Source: Candidatus Acidiferrales bacterium
Lineage (GTDB): Bacteria; Acidobacteriota; Terriglobia; Acidiferrales; UBA7541
NCBI GenBank assembly: GCA_035631855.1
Contig: DASQHY010000107.1
Coordinates: forward strand, 6,107 to 70,106
Reading direction: 5' to 3'
Length of the DNA: 64,000 nucleotides
A program made the translations under genes and the position numbers. Positions within the stretch are counted from its first letter, which is position 1. Each line of letters opens with the position of its first letter. Below the pieces are notes generated by a model, which did not search any database, was not told the DNA's origin, and saw only the letters and a program-made list of their open reading frames with translations. Below, piece by piece: positions 9,798 through 18,931 of this stretch.

Positions 9798-12266
9798 TCA
9801 CTCATACCGCAAGGCCACAATCGGATCCACGCGCATGGCCCGCCGCGCCGGCACGAAGCATGCCAGCAGCGCGACCCCGGCCAGAATCACGGTGATGGTT
9901 GCAAAGGTCAGGGGATCGGTGGCGCTGATTCCAAACCACAGGCTGGCCAGCGTCCGCGTCAGTCCGATGGCCACAGCGATCCCGATCAGCAGTCCCAGCA
10001 GCGTCAGGCGCATTCCATGACCCACAATCAGCCGCAGCACATCGGAGGGCTGAGCACCAAGGGCCATGCGAATTCCAATTTCGTTGGTTCTCTGGGTGAC
10101 CGAGTAGGACATCAACCCGTAAATTCCCACGCCGGCAAGAGCCAATGCCACAGAAGAGAAGAGTCCCAGAAGCAACGTCAGAAACCGCGGACGTGATTGC
10201 GCCGTGGCGAGCACTTCGTCCATGGTGCGGACATTGGCGAGGGGCAAGGCGGGGTCAATCCCGGCGATCGCTTGCCGGGCGGCACCCGCCAGGGACCCAG
10301 GGTCGCCGCTCGTCCTCAAAACAAAGTTCGGACTGCGGAGTCCAAATCCGAATGTATCCATCTGGCGGACGGCAAAGTAGAGTTCCGTCCCAGCCGGCTG
10401 GTCGAGCCCCGCGTTTTTTACATCGGCGACAACGCCGATGACCGTGAACCATGGGGTGTTCGGTCCTCCGGGCCGCACGCGCCGGCCCACCGGGCTTTCC
10501 TTTCCCCAGAAGTGGCGCGCCATCGCCTGGTTCACAATCGCCGCCGGCGGTGAGCCTCCACCGTCGCGCTGATCAAAGAACCGCCCCTCGATCAGCGGGA
10601 TGCCCATGGTTTCGAAGTAGCGGTCACCCACGAATTGCCAGTAATCCACGTTTTGAATGGGCGAGTCCGGTCCTTTTGGAAGGCCTTCGATCTCGGTGTC
10701 GTTGGCATTGAGCCGCCGGGCCGGGGGCAGCCCGGACATCATCGTCACGCCCTTCACTCCAGGAAGCGCGGAAAGGCGCTCCTGGGCGCGAATCCAGAAT
10801 TGCAAGGCACTCTGCGTATTTGGATAGAGGGCTTGCACCAGCGACGCACGCATGGTCAGAAGGCCGGAGGAAACAAAACCCGGATTCACTTGAAGGAGTT
10901 TCCAGAAGCCGCGCACCATCAATCCCGAGCCCACCAAAAGCACCAGGGCCAGGGCCATCTCCATCACCACCAGCGAGCGGCGGAACCATTGCGCCACCGA
11001 CGTTGCCGTCGAGCGCAGCTCCGAAGCCTTCAGCGAGTCGCTCAGGTTGCGCGTGACCACCTGAGCGAGCGGCGTAAGCCCGAAGAAAATCCCGGTCCCC
11101 GCACAAACAATCAGAGTGAACAGCAGGACTCTTCCATTGACGGCAATCTCGGAAACTCGGGGAATGAACCCGGCATTCGTCGTGACGATCAGATGCAGCC
11201 CGCCATAGGCCAGCAGCAACCCAAGGCCGCCTCCCGCGAGCGAAAGCAGCATGCCTTCGGTGACAAATTGCTTTGCGAGGTTGCCCACCGACGCGCCGAT
11301 AGCGGTCCGCACAGCGATTTCGCGCTGCCGCGCCTCGGCGCGCGCCAGCAGGAGGTTTGCCACATTCACGCAGGCGATCAGCAGAACGAAAAAGACAGCG
11401 CCGAGCAGCATCAGCATCGCCGGACGCACCGTGCGCACGACTTCATCCTGCAATGGAAACATCACCACGGGATGATTGGCGGGACTCAGCGCGTGGTTCT
11501 TCTGCGTGTCGCCTTCGCCCCAGTAGCGCACGAGCTGCGCCATTTCGTCGTTTGCCTGCAACAGAGAAACGCCGGGCTTCAACCGCGCCAGGAGGTAGAG
11601 ATAGTGGCTCCCGCGCCCGCCGGGATTGGCAGGGTCCAACTGCAGCGGCACCCAGATCTCCGGCGGATCCACTTCGCCCGGCGGAAACTGGAAGCCCGCG
11701 CGCATGACGCCGATGATCGTGCACTTCACGCCGTCCACAAGAGTCTCCCGTCCCACGATGGACGGATCGCTGCCAAACGCCCTGCGCCACAACCCCTCGG
11801 AAATCAGCGCAACCTGCGGCACGCCCGGAGCATCGTCTTGCGGAGAAATGTTTCTTCCCAGCAGAGGCGATGCGCCGATGGAATCGAGCAGCCCTCCGGT
11901 CACATAGGATTCCGTGGCGCGGACGGGAGAGGTGGTGCCCATCAGATTGGCGACCCCATTCACCCACCCGTCCAAGGTCTGCCAGGAGTGGGCTTCACGC
12001 TTCATGTCCAGATACTCCGGCGCGGACACCCAGAAGCGCCGCAATCCCCCTCCCGGAAATTTCGGGAACTCGGTATAGATGCGGACAAGCTTTTCCGGAT
12101 TTGCGTAGGGAAGCGGCTTGAATACGACGCCGTAAACCACGCTGAAGATAGCGGTGTTGGCGCCGATGCCGAGGGCCAGAGTGAGCACTGCCACCAGCGT
12201 GAATACGGCATTCTTCCCCATCATCCGCAAGCCGAATCGAACGTTTTGCCAGATCGTTCGCATCAA
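9798..12266 (-). CDS. ADOP-type duplicated FtsX/MacB-like ABC permease
   Basis: 822 aa. MMRTIWQNVRFGLRMM...[13 protein letters not shown] at the N-terminus, RVDPIVALRYE at the C-terminus. Only 9 nt separate it from the downstream permease. Confidence 0.9.
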   Translation of the reverse strand: MMRTIWQNVRFGLRMMGKNAVFTLVAVLTLALGIGANTAIFSVVYGVVFKPLPYANPEKLVRIYTEFPKFPGGGLRRFWVSAPEYLDMKREAHSWQTLDGWVNGVANLMGTTSPVRATESYVTGGLLDSIGASPLLGRNISPQDDAPGVPQVALISEGLWRRAFGSDPSIVGRETLVDGVKCTIIGVMRAGFQFPPGEVDPPEIWVPLQLDPANPGGRGSHYLYLLARLKPGVSLLQANDEMAQLVRYWGEGDTQKNHALSPANHPVVMFPLQDEVVRTVRPAMLMLLGAVFFVLLIACVNVANLLLARAEARQREIAVRTAIGASVGNLAKQFVTEGMLLSLAGGGLGLLLAYGGLHLIVTTNAGFIPRVSEIAVNGRVLLFTLIVCAGTGIFFGLTPLAQVVTRNLSDSLKASELRSTATSVAQWFRRSLVVMEMALALVLLVGSGLMVRGFWKLLQVNPGFVSSGLLTMRASLVQALYPNTQSALQFWIRAQERLSALPGVKGVTMMSGLPPARRLNANDTEIEGLPKGPDSPIQNVDYWQFVGDRYFETMGIPLIEGRFFDQRDGGGSPPAAIVNQAMARHFWGKESPVGRRVRPGGPNTPWFTVIGVVADVKNAGLDQPAGTELYFAVRQMDTFGFGLRSPNFVLRTSGDPGSLAGAARQAIAGIDPALPLANVRTMDEVLATAQSRPRFLTLLLGLFSSVALALAGVGIYGLMSYSVTQRTNEIGIRMALGAQPSDVLRLIVGHGMRLTLLGLLIGIAVAIGLTRTLASLWFGISATDPLTFATITVILAGVALLACFVPARRAMRVDPIVALRYE

Positions 12267-12272
12267 GCTCTC

Positions 12273-14711
12273 CTACTCATAGCGCAGCGCCACCACAGGA
12301 TCGATGCGCGCCGCGCGCTGGGCCGGTACCCAAGCCGCCAGCAGCGCCACCGCGCACAACACGGCGGGCACCGCCACAAAAATTGTTGAGTCCAGGGCGC
12401 GTACCTGGAACAGCAAGCTGGCGAGGAAGCGCGTAACCGCGAGCGCGCCGGCCACCCCCAGCACCAGACCAATCGCCGCGACGCGAAAAGTCTGGCCCAC
12501 CACCATTTGCACGATTGCTCCGCGCCGCGCGCCCAGCGCCATGCGTATGCCGATCTCACGCGTACGCTGGGCCACCAGGTAGGACACCACGCCATAAATT
12601 CCCAGCGCGGAAAGCGCCAGCGCTGTGGCAGCGAAAAATGCAAAGATGATCATGCTCATGCGGCGCAACGCGGAACTTTCCCAGGCCGCTTCTTCCATGG
12701 GGAGTTCCCGGAAAATTGCCTGGTCTTTGTCCACCGTCCAGATCGCCTGCCGCAGGGAGCCTGCCAGAGCCATTGGTTGCTGGCCCGTACGCGCGGTGAA
12801 GGCAATCAGAGGAAACCCGTCTTGCGTAAATGGGCGATAGACCTCGGGATGCGCCGCCTCAGCTGCGCCGAAATGTTTTACGTCGCCTACAACTCCGACG
12901 ATCAGCCAAGGCGCCTTGCCGAATTCATTCGGATCTGGCGTGACAAGCCTGCCCACCGCGTCTTGATTGGCGAAGTAACGCCGGGCCAGCGTGGCGTTGA
13001 TGATGCACACCGGCGGGTTCTGCGCGGTGTCGGCGCCGGTAAAACTCCGCCCGCGGAGGATGGGAATCTGCATGGTGCGGAAATAATCGTCGCTGGCGAT
13101 CCGATAGTCGGCGCTGGGCCACTGCGACACCGCCACGGGCGCCGCGTCAGGGGTGGTAAATGAGACCGTTCCCCAGAATCCACTCAGCGGCAGGAAGTTC
13201 ACGGCTGCTGCGGATTCCACGCCCGGGAGTTTGTGCATTTCGGCCAGCACCTCGCGGACGAAGCGGATGCGATCCGGATCGGTCTTGTACCTGCTCCGCG
13301 GCAGAAGCACCTGCGCGGTCATGACGTGGCCGGGATTAAAGCCGAGGCTGGTGTTCTGCAGCCGCACAAAACTCTTGATCATCAGGCCAGCGGAGGTCAG
13401 CAAGACCAACGCGAGAGAAACCTGCGCCACCACCAGTCCCGAGCGCACGAGCCGGCTGCCGCCACTTCCAATGGTGCGGCCACCGCTTTCTTTCAGGCCA
13501 GGTTCCGGCGAAGCACCGGAGACTTGCAGCGCGGGCACAGCACCAAACACGATTCCGGTCACCACCGCAAGAAGCACCGCGAAGCCGAGCACAACGGAGT
13601 CCACGGGAATCTCTTCCACCAGTGGAATGTTAAGGTTGGCGATGTTGTTGGGAAACAGGTGTACTAAGAAGCGGGTCGCCCATACGGTGAGCATCAATCC
13701 GATCAGGCAGCCCGCGAGCGACGTCATCACGCTCTCGGTGAGCAACTGCCGAATGAGGCGGCCGCGGGTCGCACCCAGCGCAACTCGAATCGCCATTTCC
13801 TTGCGCCGCGCGGCGGCGCGCGCCAGCAGAAGGTTGGCGACATTGGCGCACACGATCAACAGCACGAATCCCACCGCGCCCGTGAGCGCCAGCAAAGGCG
13901 GGCGAATCCCGCCCACGAACAAATCACGCACCGGCTGAAACCCGACGCCCCAGCCTTTGTCGGTATCGGGATACTGTTGGCCAAGCCGCTCGGAGAGTTG
14001 CTCGATGTCGGCTTCGGCTTGCTTCATCGTAAGGCCGTCCTTGAGCCGCGCCACCACGCGCAGGAAAGTCGCGGTGCGGTTCGCGGCCGCATCAGGGGGC
14101 ATGACAAGCGGCGCCCACAGATCGTTTAGCTCGCCGGGAAAATTGAAACCGCGCGGCATCACGCCGATCACGGTGTAAGGCATATCATTCAGCGTGATGG
14201 TTTTGCCCAGAACATTGCGATCCTCACCGAACCTGCGCACCCACAGTTTGTTCGTGAGCACGACCACATGGTTGTGGCCCGCCTGCTCTTCCTCCTGCGT
14301 GAACATCCGCCCCATCGTCGGCTCCACGCCGAGCAGGTGCATGAAATTGGAAGAAATGCTCCAGGAAATCAGCAACTCGGGCTCGCCCAAACCCGTCAGC
14401 GTGTAGCTCTGGTCGGTGGCCGCGGCCATCTCCGAGAAAACGTGGTTCTCGCGGCGCCAGTCTTCATACTTGCCCGGCGTCACCAGATCCTTTGGGTCGT
14501 TACGCAGGAGGTTGCGCGGCCACAGCATCACCAAACGGCCGGGGTTTTGCATTCCCAGGGGCTGGAGCAGCACCTGCTTCACCACGCCAAAAATGGCGGT
14601 GTTAGCGCCGATGCCGAGCGCCAGGGTGAGCACTGCCACCAGCGCAAAGCCGGGGCTCTTCACCAGCATCCGCAAGCCGAATCGAATGTCTTGCCAGATC
14701 GCTCGCATCAA
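12273..14711 (-). CDS. ADOP-type duplicated FtsX/MacB-like ABC permease
   Basis: 812 aa. [16 protein letters not shown]...[13 protein letters not shown] at the N-terminus, [11 protein letters not shown] at the C-terminus. Only 6 nt separate it from the next permease. Confidence 0.9.
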   Translation of the reverse strand: MMRAIWQDIRFGLRMLVKSPGFALVAVLTLALGIGANTAIFGVVKQVLLQPLGMQNPGRLVMLWPRNLLRNDPKDLVTPGKYEDWRRENHVFSEMAAATDQSYTLTGLGEPELLISWSISSNFMHLLGVEPTMGRMFTQEEEQAGHNHVVVLTNKLWVRRFGEDRNVLGKTITLNDMPYTVIGVMPRGFNFPGELNDLWAPLVMPPDAAANRTATFLRVVARLKDGLTMKQAEADIEQLSERLGQQYPDTDKGWGVGFQPVRDLFVGGIRPPLLALTGAVGFVLLIVCANVANLLLARAAARRKEMAIRVALGATRGRLIRQLLTESVMTSLAGCLIGLMLTVWATRFLVHLFPNNIANLNIPLVEEIPVDSVVLGFAVLLAVVTGIVFGAVPALQVSGASPEPGLKESGGRTIGSGGSRLVRSGLVVAQVSLALVLLTSAGLMIKSFVRLQNTSLGFNPGHVMTAQVLLPRSRYKTDPDRIRFVREVLAEMHKLPGVESAAAVNFLPLSGFWGTVSFTTPDAAPVAVSQWPSADYRIASDDYFRTMQIPILRGRSFTGADTAQNPPVCIINATLARRYFANQDAVGRLVTPDPNEFGKAPWLIVGVVGDVKHFGAAEAAHPEVYRPFTQDGFPLIAFTARTGQQPMALAGSLRQAIWTVDKDQAIFRELPMEEAAWESSALRRMSMIIFAFFAATALALSALGIYGVVSYLVAQRTREIGIRMALGARRGAIVQMVVGQTFRVAAIGLVLGVAGALAVTRFLASLLFQVRALDSTIFVAVPAVLCAVALLAAWVPAQRAARIDPVVALRYE

Positions 14712-14771
14712 ACTGTCCCCGAATCCGCCGAACAGATCTCTAAGACGAAAACTTGGAGGCCAAACAGCGCA

Positions 14772-15941
14772 TCATGCGACTGCCAGCGTCAGCAGCGTCA
14801 CATCGTCGTTCAGCCGGCCGCCACAATGAGTACGCAAACCATCCATCAGAATGTTCCGGAGCATTTCCGCGCTGCCGGCGCGATTTTGCAAAAGCGTTGC
14901 CAGGAATTGTCCATCGCCAAAGGTTTCCCCATGAGAGTTCTCGGCCTCCAGTAAACCGTCGGTGCACAGCACCAAACGGTCTCCGCTTGCCATTTGGACG
15001 CATCCTTGTTCGAAATGCCGCCCGTCAAATTCTCCCAGCACCGGCCCGCCTTCCGATAGGCGCATCCACGTGCCGTCGGTCCTCACCAGGATCGGCGCGG
15101 GATGTCCGGCGCAGGTATAGGTAAGCAGGCGTTCCTGCGCCGCGAGGTGCGCGTAAAAAAAACTGACAAACCGCCCATGGACAACACGGTCGCAAACCGC
15201 CGCATTCACTTTTCCCGTGAGTTCGTGAGGCGGATGATTGGCGGAGGCCAGCGCGCGCACGGTGGCCTGCACGTGAGAGGCGAGCAGCGCAGCGGGCACC
15301 CCTTTGCCCACGGCATCGGCGATGCAGAATCCCACGCCTGCGCTCCCGAAAGGCAGAACGTCAAAGGCGTCTCCGCTCACGGCGCCCAGCGGCTGCCACT
15401 CGGCGGAGAACTCGTAGCCATCGAGCTGCGGCAGTCCGCGCAGAACCAATTCGCTTTGAATTTCGCGCGCCAGATTCAGCTCGCGGGTCATGGCCGGCTC
15501 GTTGATTCGCCACGACCGCCGCTTTTCCAGCGGGCGCTGGAGTTTGGCGAGCAAGCGCGCGTTCTCCCAGGGTTTTTCGATGTAGTCGCATGCGCCGCGC
15601 TGCATGGCCTTCACCGCGAGGTCGGTGCTCCCCCACGCCGTCATCACCACGATGGGCAGCGTGTAGTCCATGGCCTGAATCTGGTCGAGCAGATCCAGCC
15701 CTTCGTCCCCGGAAGTGGTGTCGCGGGCGTAATTCAGGTCCATCAAAAGCAGATCGAAGGAGCGCTCCCGGAGAGCTTCCAGAACCGCCGCGGGGGAACT
15801 TGCCGCTTCGGTCTGATGGCCGTGGGCCTTGAGGAGAAGGCGCAGTGCCTGGACCACGTCCGGCTGATCGTCGGCGATGAGCGTGCGCGGAGCCGCCTTT
15901 TCACTGCTGGTCCACGCCGGGTGTTGGACAACTGCGCTCAT
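14772..15941 (-). CDS. response regulator with PP2C/SpoIIE-type serine phosphatase output domain (RsbU-like)
   Basis: 389 aa. N-terminal REC (LIADDQPD, LMDLNYARDTTSG, VVMTAWG). C-terminal PP2C motifs (VSGDAFDV, IADAVGKG, CTDGLLEA, NDDVTLLTL). Confidence 0.88.
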   Translation of the reverse strand: MSAVVQHPAWTSSEKAAPRTLIADDQPDVVQALRLLLKAHGHQTEAASSPAAVLEALRERSFDLLLMDLNYARDTTSGDEGLDLLDQIQAMDYTLPIVVMTAWGSTDLAVKAMQRGACDYIEKPWENARLLAKLQRPLEKRRSWRINEPAMTRELNLAREIQSELVLRGLPQLDGYEFSAEWQPLGAVSGDAFDVLPFGSAGVGFCIADAVGKGVPAALLASHVQATVRALASANHPPHELTGKVNAAVCDRVVHGRFVSFFYAHLAAQERLLTYTCAGHPAPILVRTDGTWMRLSEGGPVLGEFDGRHFEQGCVQMASGDRLVLCTDGLLEAENSHGETFGDGQFLATLLQNRAGSAEMLRNILMDGLRTHCGGRLNDDVTLLTLAVA

Positions 15942-15970
15942 GCGCGTGCTCTGCCCTTTCTCGCGCTTGC

Positions 15971-17227
15971 TTACTTCAAACGGATGCGGTCCACGTTATC
16001 CCACTGCGACATGTCGGAAAGAATGACTTTGTCGCCGACCTGCAGCCCGGATACCACTTCAATGGTGTTCACCGAGGCGCGGCCCAGCTTGACATTGACG
16101 CGCGTCGCTTCGGCTCCGTCAGAGGTCAGCTTGAAGATTCCTATGGTGCTGTCGGCCTGGCCGTGCACCGGGCGTCCCACGTACAAAACATCCTTCAGGT
16201 TCTCGAGCACAATGGTGCCGTCCACGCTCAAGTCCGGCCGCGCGCCCGGCGGCAAGGGACCATCGAGACTCACGTCCACAGGAACCGTGCCGTTTACAGG
16301 CGCCGCGGCAATGCGCGTCACGTGCCCTTCCACAATGCCGTTTCTCGTGTCAATGGACGCCTTTTGCCCGATAGCCACATCTTTCGCCTGTGTTTCTGCA
16401 ATTTGGATTTGAGCCTTCAGGAGTTTGGGGTCGGAGACACGCGCCAAGTTGGTGCCAGGAGTTACCTGCTGGCCCACTTCCACGGCCACCGCTTGGAGTA
16501 CGCCGTTTATTCCCGCGCGCACGTGCAACGCGTCGAGTTGGCTCTTGCGGAGGGCGTAGAGGGCCTTCTGCGTGTCCACGCGGGCCTTTTGTGCATCCAG
16601 CCGGGCCTTCGCGGAATCGCTGGCGATCCGCGTGCGCTCTTCTTCCAGCTTGATGCGAATGGCAAGCGAATCCGCCCGGACTTTTGATAGCTTGGATGTC
16701 ACTTCCGAGGTGAGCCCTTCCTTGCGAAGCTCCTCATCCACCTCATGTTGCAACTTGGCCTGTTCGTAGTCGCTGCGGACCGCGGCCTCATTCGCCTTCT
16801 GGCTGGCCAACTCGCTGTCCACCTGAACCTTCAAGTTGGCGTAGTCGGCCTCCGCCGCTTTCAACTGGTATTCGGCATCGAGAGCATCCCGTTGCAGTTG
16901 CGGGTCGCTCAGCTCGAGCACGACGGAGTCAGGGCGAACCGTGTCCCCCGAACGCAAAACGATGCGATCCACGCGAGCCTGCGATTGCGCCGGGATCCAG
17001 CGAATGTCTTCTGGAACAAGTGTCCCCAGTCCGCGAACGTCGCGGACCATGGGCCCGCGGCGCACCGTGTCTTTCCAGGTAGTGGCGTCGTCCACGCTCG
17101 GGGCGGCCGGCCGCAGCCGCGTGAGTCCGTAGGTCACTCCGCCCAGCATCAGGACTACCGCGATGACCGCAATGACCATGCGGCGCGTCTTTTGCGCTTT
17201 GACGCTTGCTGGTCTTTGAATGTCCAT
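15971..17227 (-). CDS. HlyD/MacA-type periplasmic adaptor (membrane fusion protein)
   Basis: 418 aa. N-terminal TM anchor (MVIAVIAVVLMLGGVTYGL), a long coiled-coil hairpin, and barrel-sandwich and beta-barrel segments typical of efflux adaptors. First gene of the co-oriented run. Confidence 0.88.
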   Translation of the reverse strand: MDIQRPASVKAQKTRRMVIAVIAVVLMLGGVTYGLTRLRPAAPSVDDATTWKDTVRRGPMVRDVRGLGTLVPEDIRWIPAQSQARVDRIVLRSGDTVRPDSVVLELSDPQLQRDALDAEYQLKAAEADYANLKVQVDSELASQKANEAAVRSDYEQAKLQHEVDEELRKEGLTSEVTSKLSKVRADSLAIRIKLEEERTRIASDSAKARLDAQKARVDTQKALYALRKSQLDALHVRAGINGVLQAVAVEVGQQVTPGTNLARVSDPKLLKAQIQIAETQAKDVAIGQKASIDTRNGIVEGHVTRIAAAPVNGTVPVDVSLDGPLPPGARPDLSVDGTIVLENLKDVLYVGRPVHGQADSTIGIFKLTSDGAEATRVNVKLGRASVNTIEVVSGLQVGDKVILSDMSQWDNVDRIRLK

Positions 17228-17256
17228 AAACCTACCCTCGATTCAGCCATCTGTAG

Positions 17257-17272
17257 CGCAACTGGCAGGCCT
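17257..17272 (-). promoter_or_regulatory. candidate sigma-54 -24/-12 promoter upstream of the adaptor gene
   Basis: The minus strand reads AGGCCT-GCCAG-TTGCG. GG and GC have the canonical 12-nt register of TGGCAC-N5-TTGCW, and 7 of 11 consensus positions match. The GC lies about 30 nt upstream of ATG 17227, with GAGGGT as a possible SD in between. Confidence 0.3.
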
Positions 17273-17347
17273 CCAGCGGTTCGCCGTAAGGTCTTTTTTG
17301 ACAGCAGGTTACATGATGGAACTGGTTCGCATTGTACATCGAAATGG

Positions 17348-17378
17348 CCGCTTGTGGGATTGCTCGTCCCAAAAGCGG
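17348..17378. promoter_or_regulatory. nested inverted repeat, possible enhancer (UAS) site
   Basis: CCGCTT-G-TGGGA-TTGCTCG-TCCCA-AA-AAGCGG. It sits 80-105 bp upstream of the candidate -24/-12 element in the divergent intergenic region. Confidence 0.25.
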
Positions 17379-17527
17379 ACATCAGATTCGCCCGCTGCCT
17401 TTATCACCGCTCACCACGCGACGAAAAACACAGACAAGGCGCAACAGTTCCTAGTGCGTAAGAAGATTTGGAACGGCTTTGTCGCGATGATAGAGTCGGC
17501 TGCGGCGAACAGGATCTGCAAGCCGTA

Positions 17528-18931
17528 ATGTCTCAAAAAGCTGACTCCAAGAAACAGTCTGAAGGCTCATCGGCGCCGCGCCTAGCGGCAAAGCTGGGGC
17601 TGTTCGACGCGACCATGATCGTGATGGGCGGAATGGTCGGCGGCGGAATCTTTATCAATCCTTACGTTGTCGCCGAACGCGTCCACACGCCCGTGCTCAT
17701 CGTGGGCGTTTGGGCGATAGGAGGAGTCGTGGCGCTGTTCGGCGCGTTTGTGTATGCGGAGTTGGGCGCGCGCCTGCCGCGGGCGGGTGGAGAATATGCG
17801 TACCTGCGCGACGCTTTTCATCCCCTGCTGGGATTTCTTTACGGTTGGGTGGCCCTGTTGGTCATCGGTCCCGGCGGAGCGGCCGCCGTGGCGGTCACGT
17901 TTGCGCGCTACGCTCAGCAGCTGCTGAAGATTGGCGTCCCGGAGAAGTTGCTGGCCGTCGCGGCCGTCGCGATGCTCACGGTGATCAATTGTTATGGAGT
18001 GCGCTCGGGCAGCAATGTGCAAAGTTTGCTGATGATTCTCAAGAGCTTGGCGCTCGCCGGATTGATTGCCTGCGGCGCGTGGTACCTCGCGGGACGGCCG
18101 GAGATAGCGGCAGCGACGACGGGGAGTTCCGCGATGGAGGGACACGTTTCTCTGGGGCTATTTGGCGCGTTAGGCGCGGCGATGGTTCCCGTGATGTTTT
18201 CCTATGGAGGGTGGCAAACGGGAAATTTCGTCGCCGCGGAAATTCGCAATCCGCGAAAAAACCTTTCGCGAGGATTGCTGCTGGGCGTCGCCGGCGTCGT
18301 CGTGCTCTATGTGGCCGCGAACTTTGTGTATGTGGGCGTGCTCGGACCCGCGGGACTCGCGGCATCGCACACTCCGGGATTTGAGGTGATGCAGCGCGTG
18401 GCGGGCGCGAGGGGCGCAGCGTTTATCGCCATCGGCATTAGCATCTCCGCGCTCGGATTTCTGAGCCAGACGGTGCTCACCTATCCACGCGTGCTGTTTG
18501 CCATGGCGGAGGACGGGTTGATGCCGCGCGGCATGGCGCGGCTGCATCCGCGGTATCGTGTGCCGGTGATCGCCATCGCGCTGCTGGGAGCCATCACCAT
18601 CGCCGCCATCCTCCTCGGGAATTACGAGCAACTTCTCAACTATGTCGAGGCCATGGATTGCTTGTTTTTCGGAGCGACGGCTGCCTGCTTGTTTCTATTT
18701 CGGCGCCGCGATGCGCTTGCCGGTGGAAACTCCTCCGCGCAACACGGGGGTTACCGCCTGCCGGGGCATCCGATCACCACCATCGTGTTCATCGCCGTGT
18801 GTTGGGCAGTCGTGGGCGTCACCTTGTACCGTTATCCCTCGAATTCGCTCATCGGCTTTGCCATACTGCTGACGGGGGTTCCTGCTTATTTTCTTTGGAG
18901 GAAGCTGGCGCGAAAAGCCGATGCACACTAA
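17528..18931 (+). CDS. APC-family amino acid permease
   Basis: About 12 TM helices. The N-terminal motif GLFDATMIVMGGMVGGGIF is typical of amino acid/polyamine permeases. I chose the internal ATG 17528 (MSQKADSKKQ) over the track start at 17468. Confidence 0.85.
   Translation: MSQKADSKKQSEGSSAPRLAAKLGLFDATMIVMGGMVGGGIFINPYVVAERVHTPVLIVGVWAIGGVVALFGAFVYAELGARLPRAGGEYAYLRDAFHPLLGFLYGWVALLVIGPGGAAAVAVTFARYAQQLLKIGVPEKLLAVAAVAMLTVINCYGVRSGSNVQSLLMILKSLALAGLIACGAWYLAGRPEIAAATTGSSAMEGHVSLGLFGALGAAMVPVMFSYGGWQTGNFVAAEIRNPRKNLSRGLLLGVAGVVVLYVAANFVYVGVLGPAGLAASHTPGFEVMQRVAGARGAAFIAIGISISALGFLSQTVLTYPRVLFAMAEDGLMPRGMARLHPRYRVPVIAIALLGAITIAAILLGNYEQLLNYVEAMDCLFFGATAACLFLFRRRDALAGGNSSAQHGGYRLPGHPITTIVFIAVCWAVVGVTLYRYPSNSLIGFAILLTGVPAYFLWRKLARKADAH

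Noticed and set aside
8829-12389. Long plus-strand ORFs (8829-10196, 455 aa; 10635-12389, 584 aa). Similar long antisense ORFs occur elsewhere: 18849-20078, 22068-23216, 23226-24224, 24555-25475, 30320-31834, 35915-37195, 40694-41839, 48095-49414, 50494-51534.
   Set aside because: They lie antisense to genes with clear domain content. They translate to Arg/Pro/Gly/His-rich low-complexity strings with no recognisable motifs. These are typical stop-poor shadow frames in GC-rich DNA.
4091-14711. The four permease genes as a recent segmental duplication or repeat family at the DNA level.
   Set aside because: Similarity is concentrated at the protein termini and TM segments. By eye the DNA sequences are clearly diverged (different codons, different lengths). 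This is old paralogy rather than repeats or mobile DNA.
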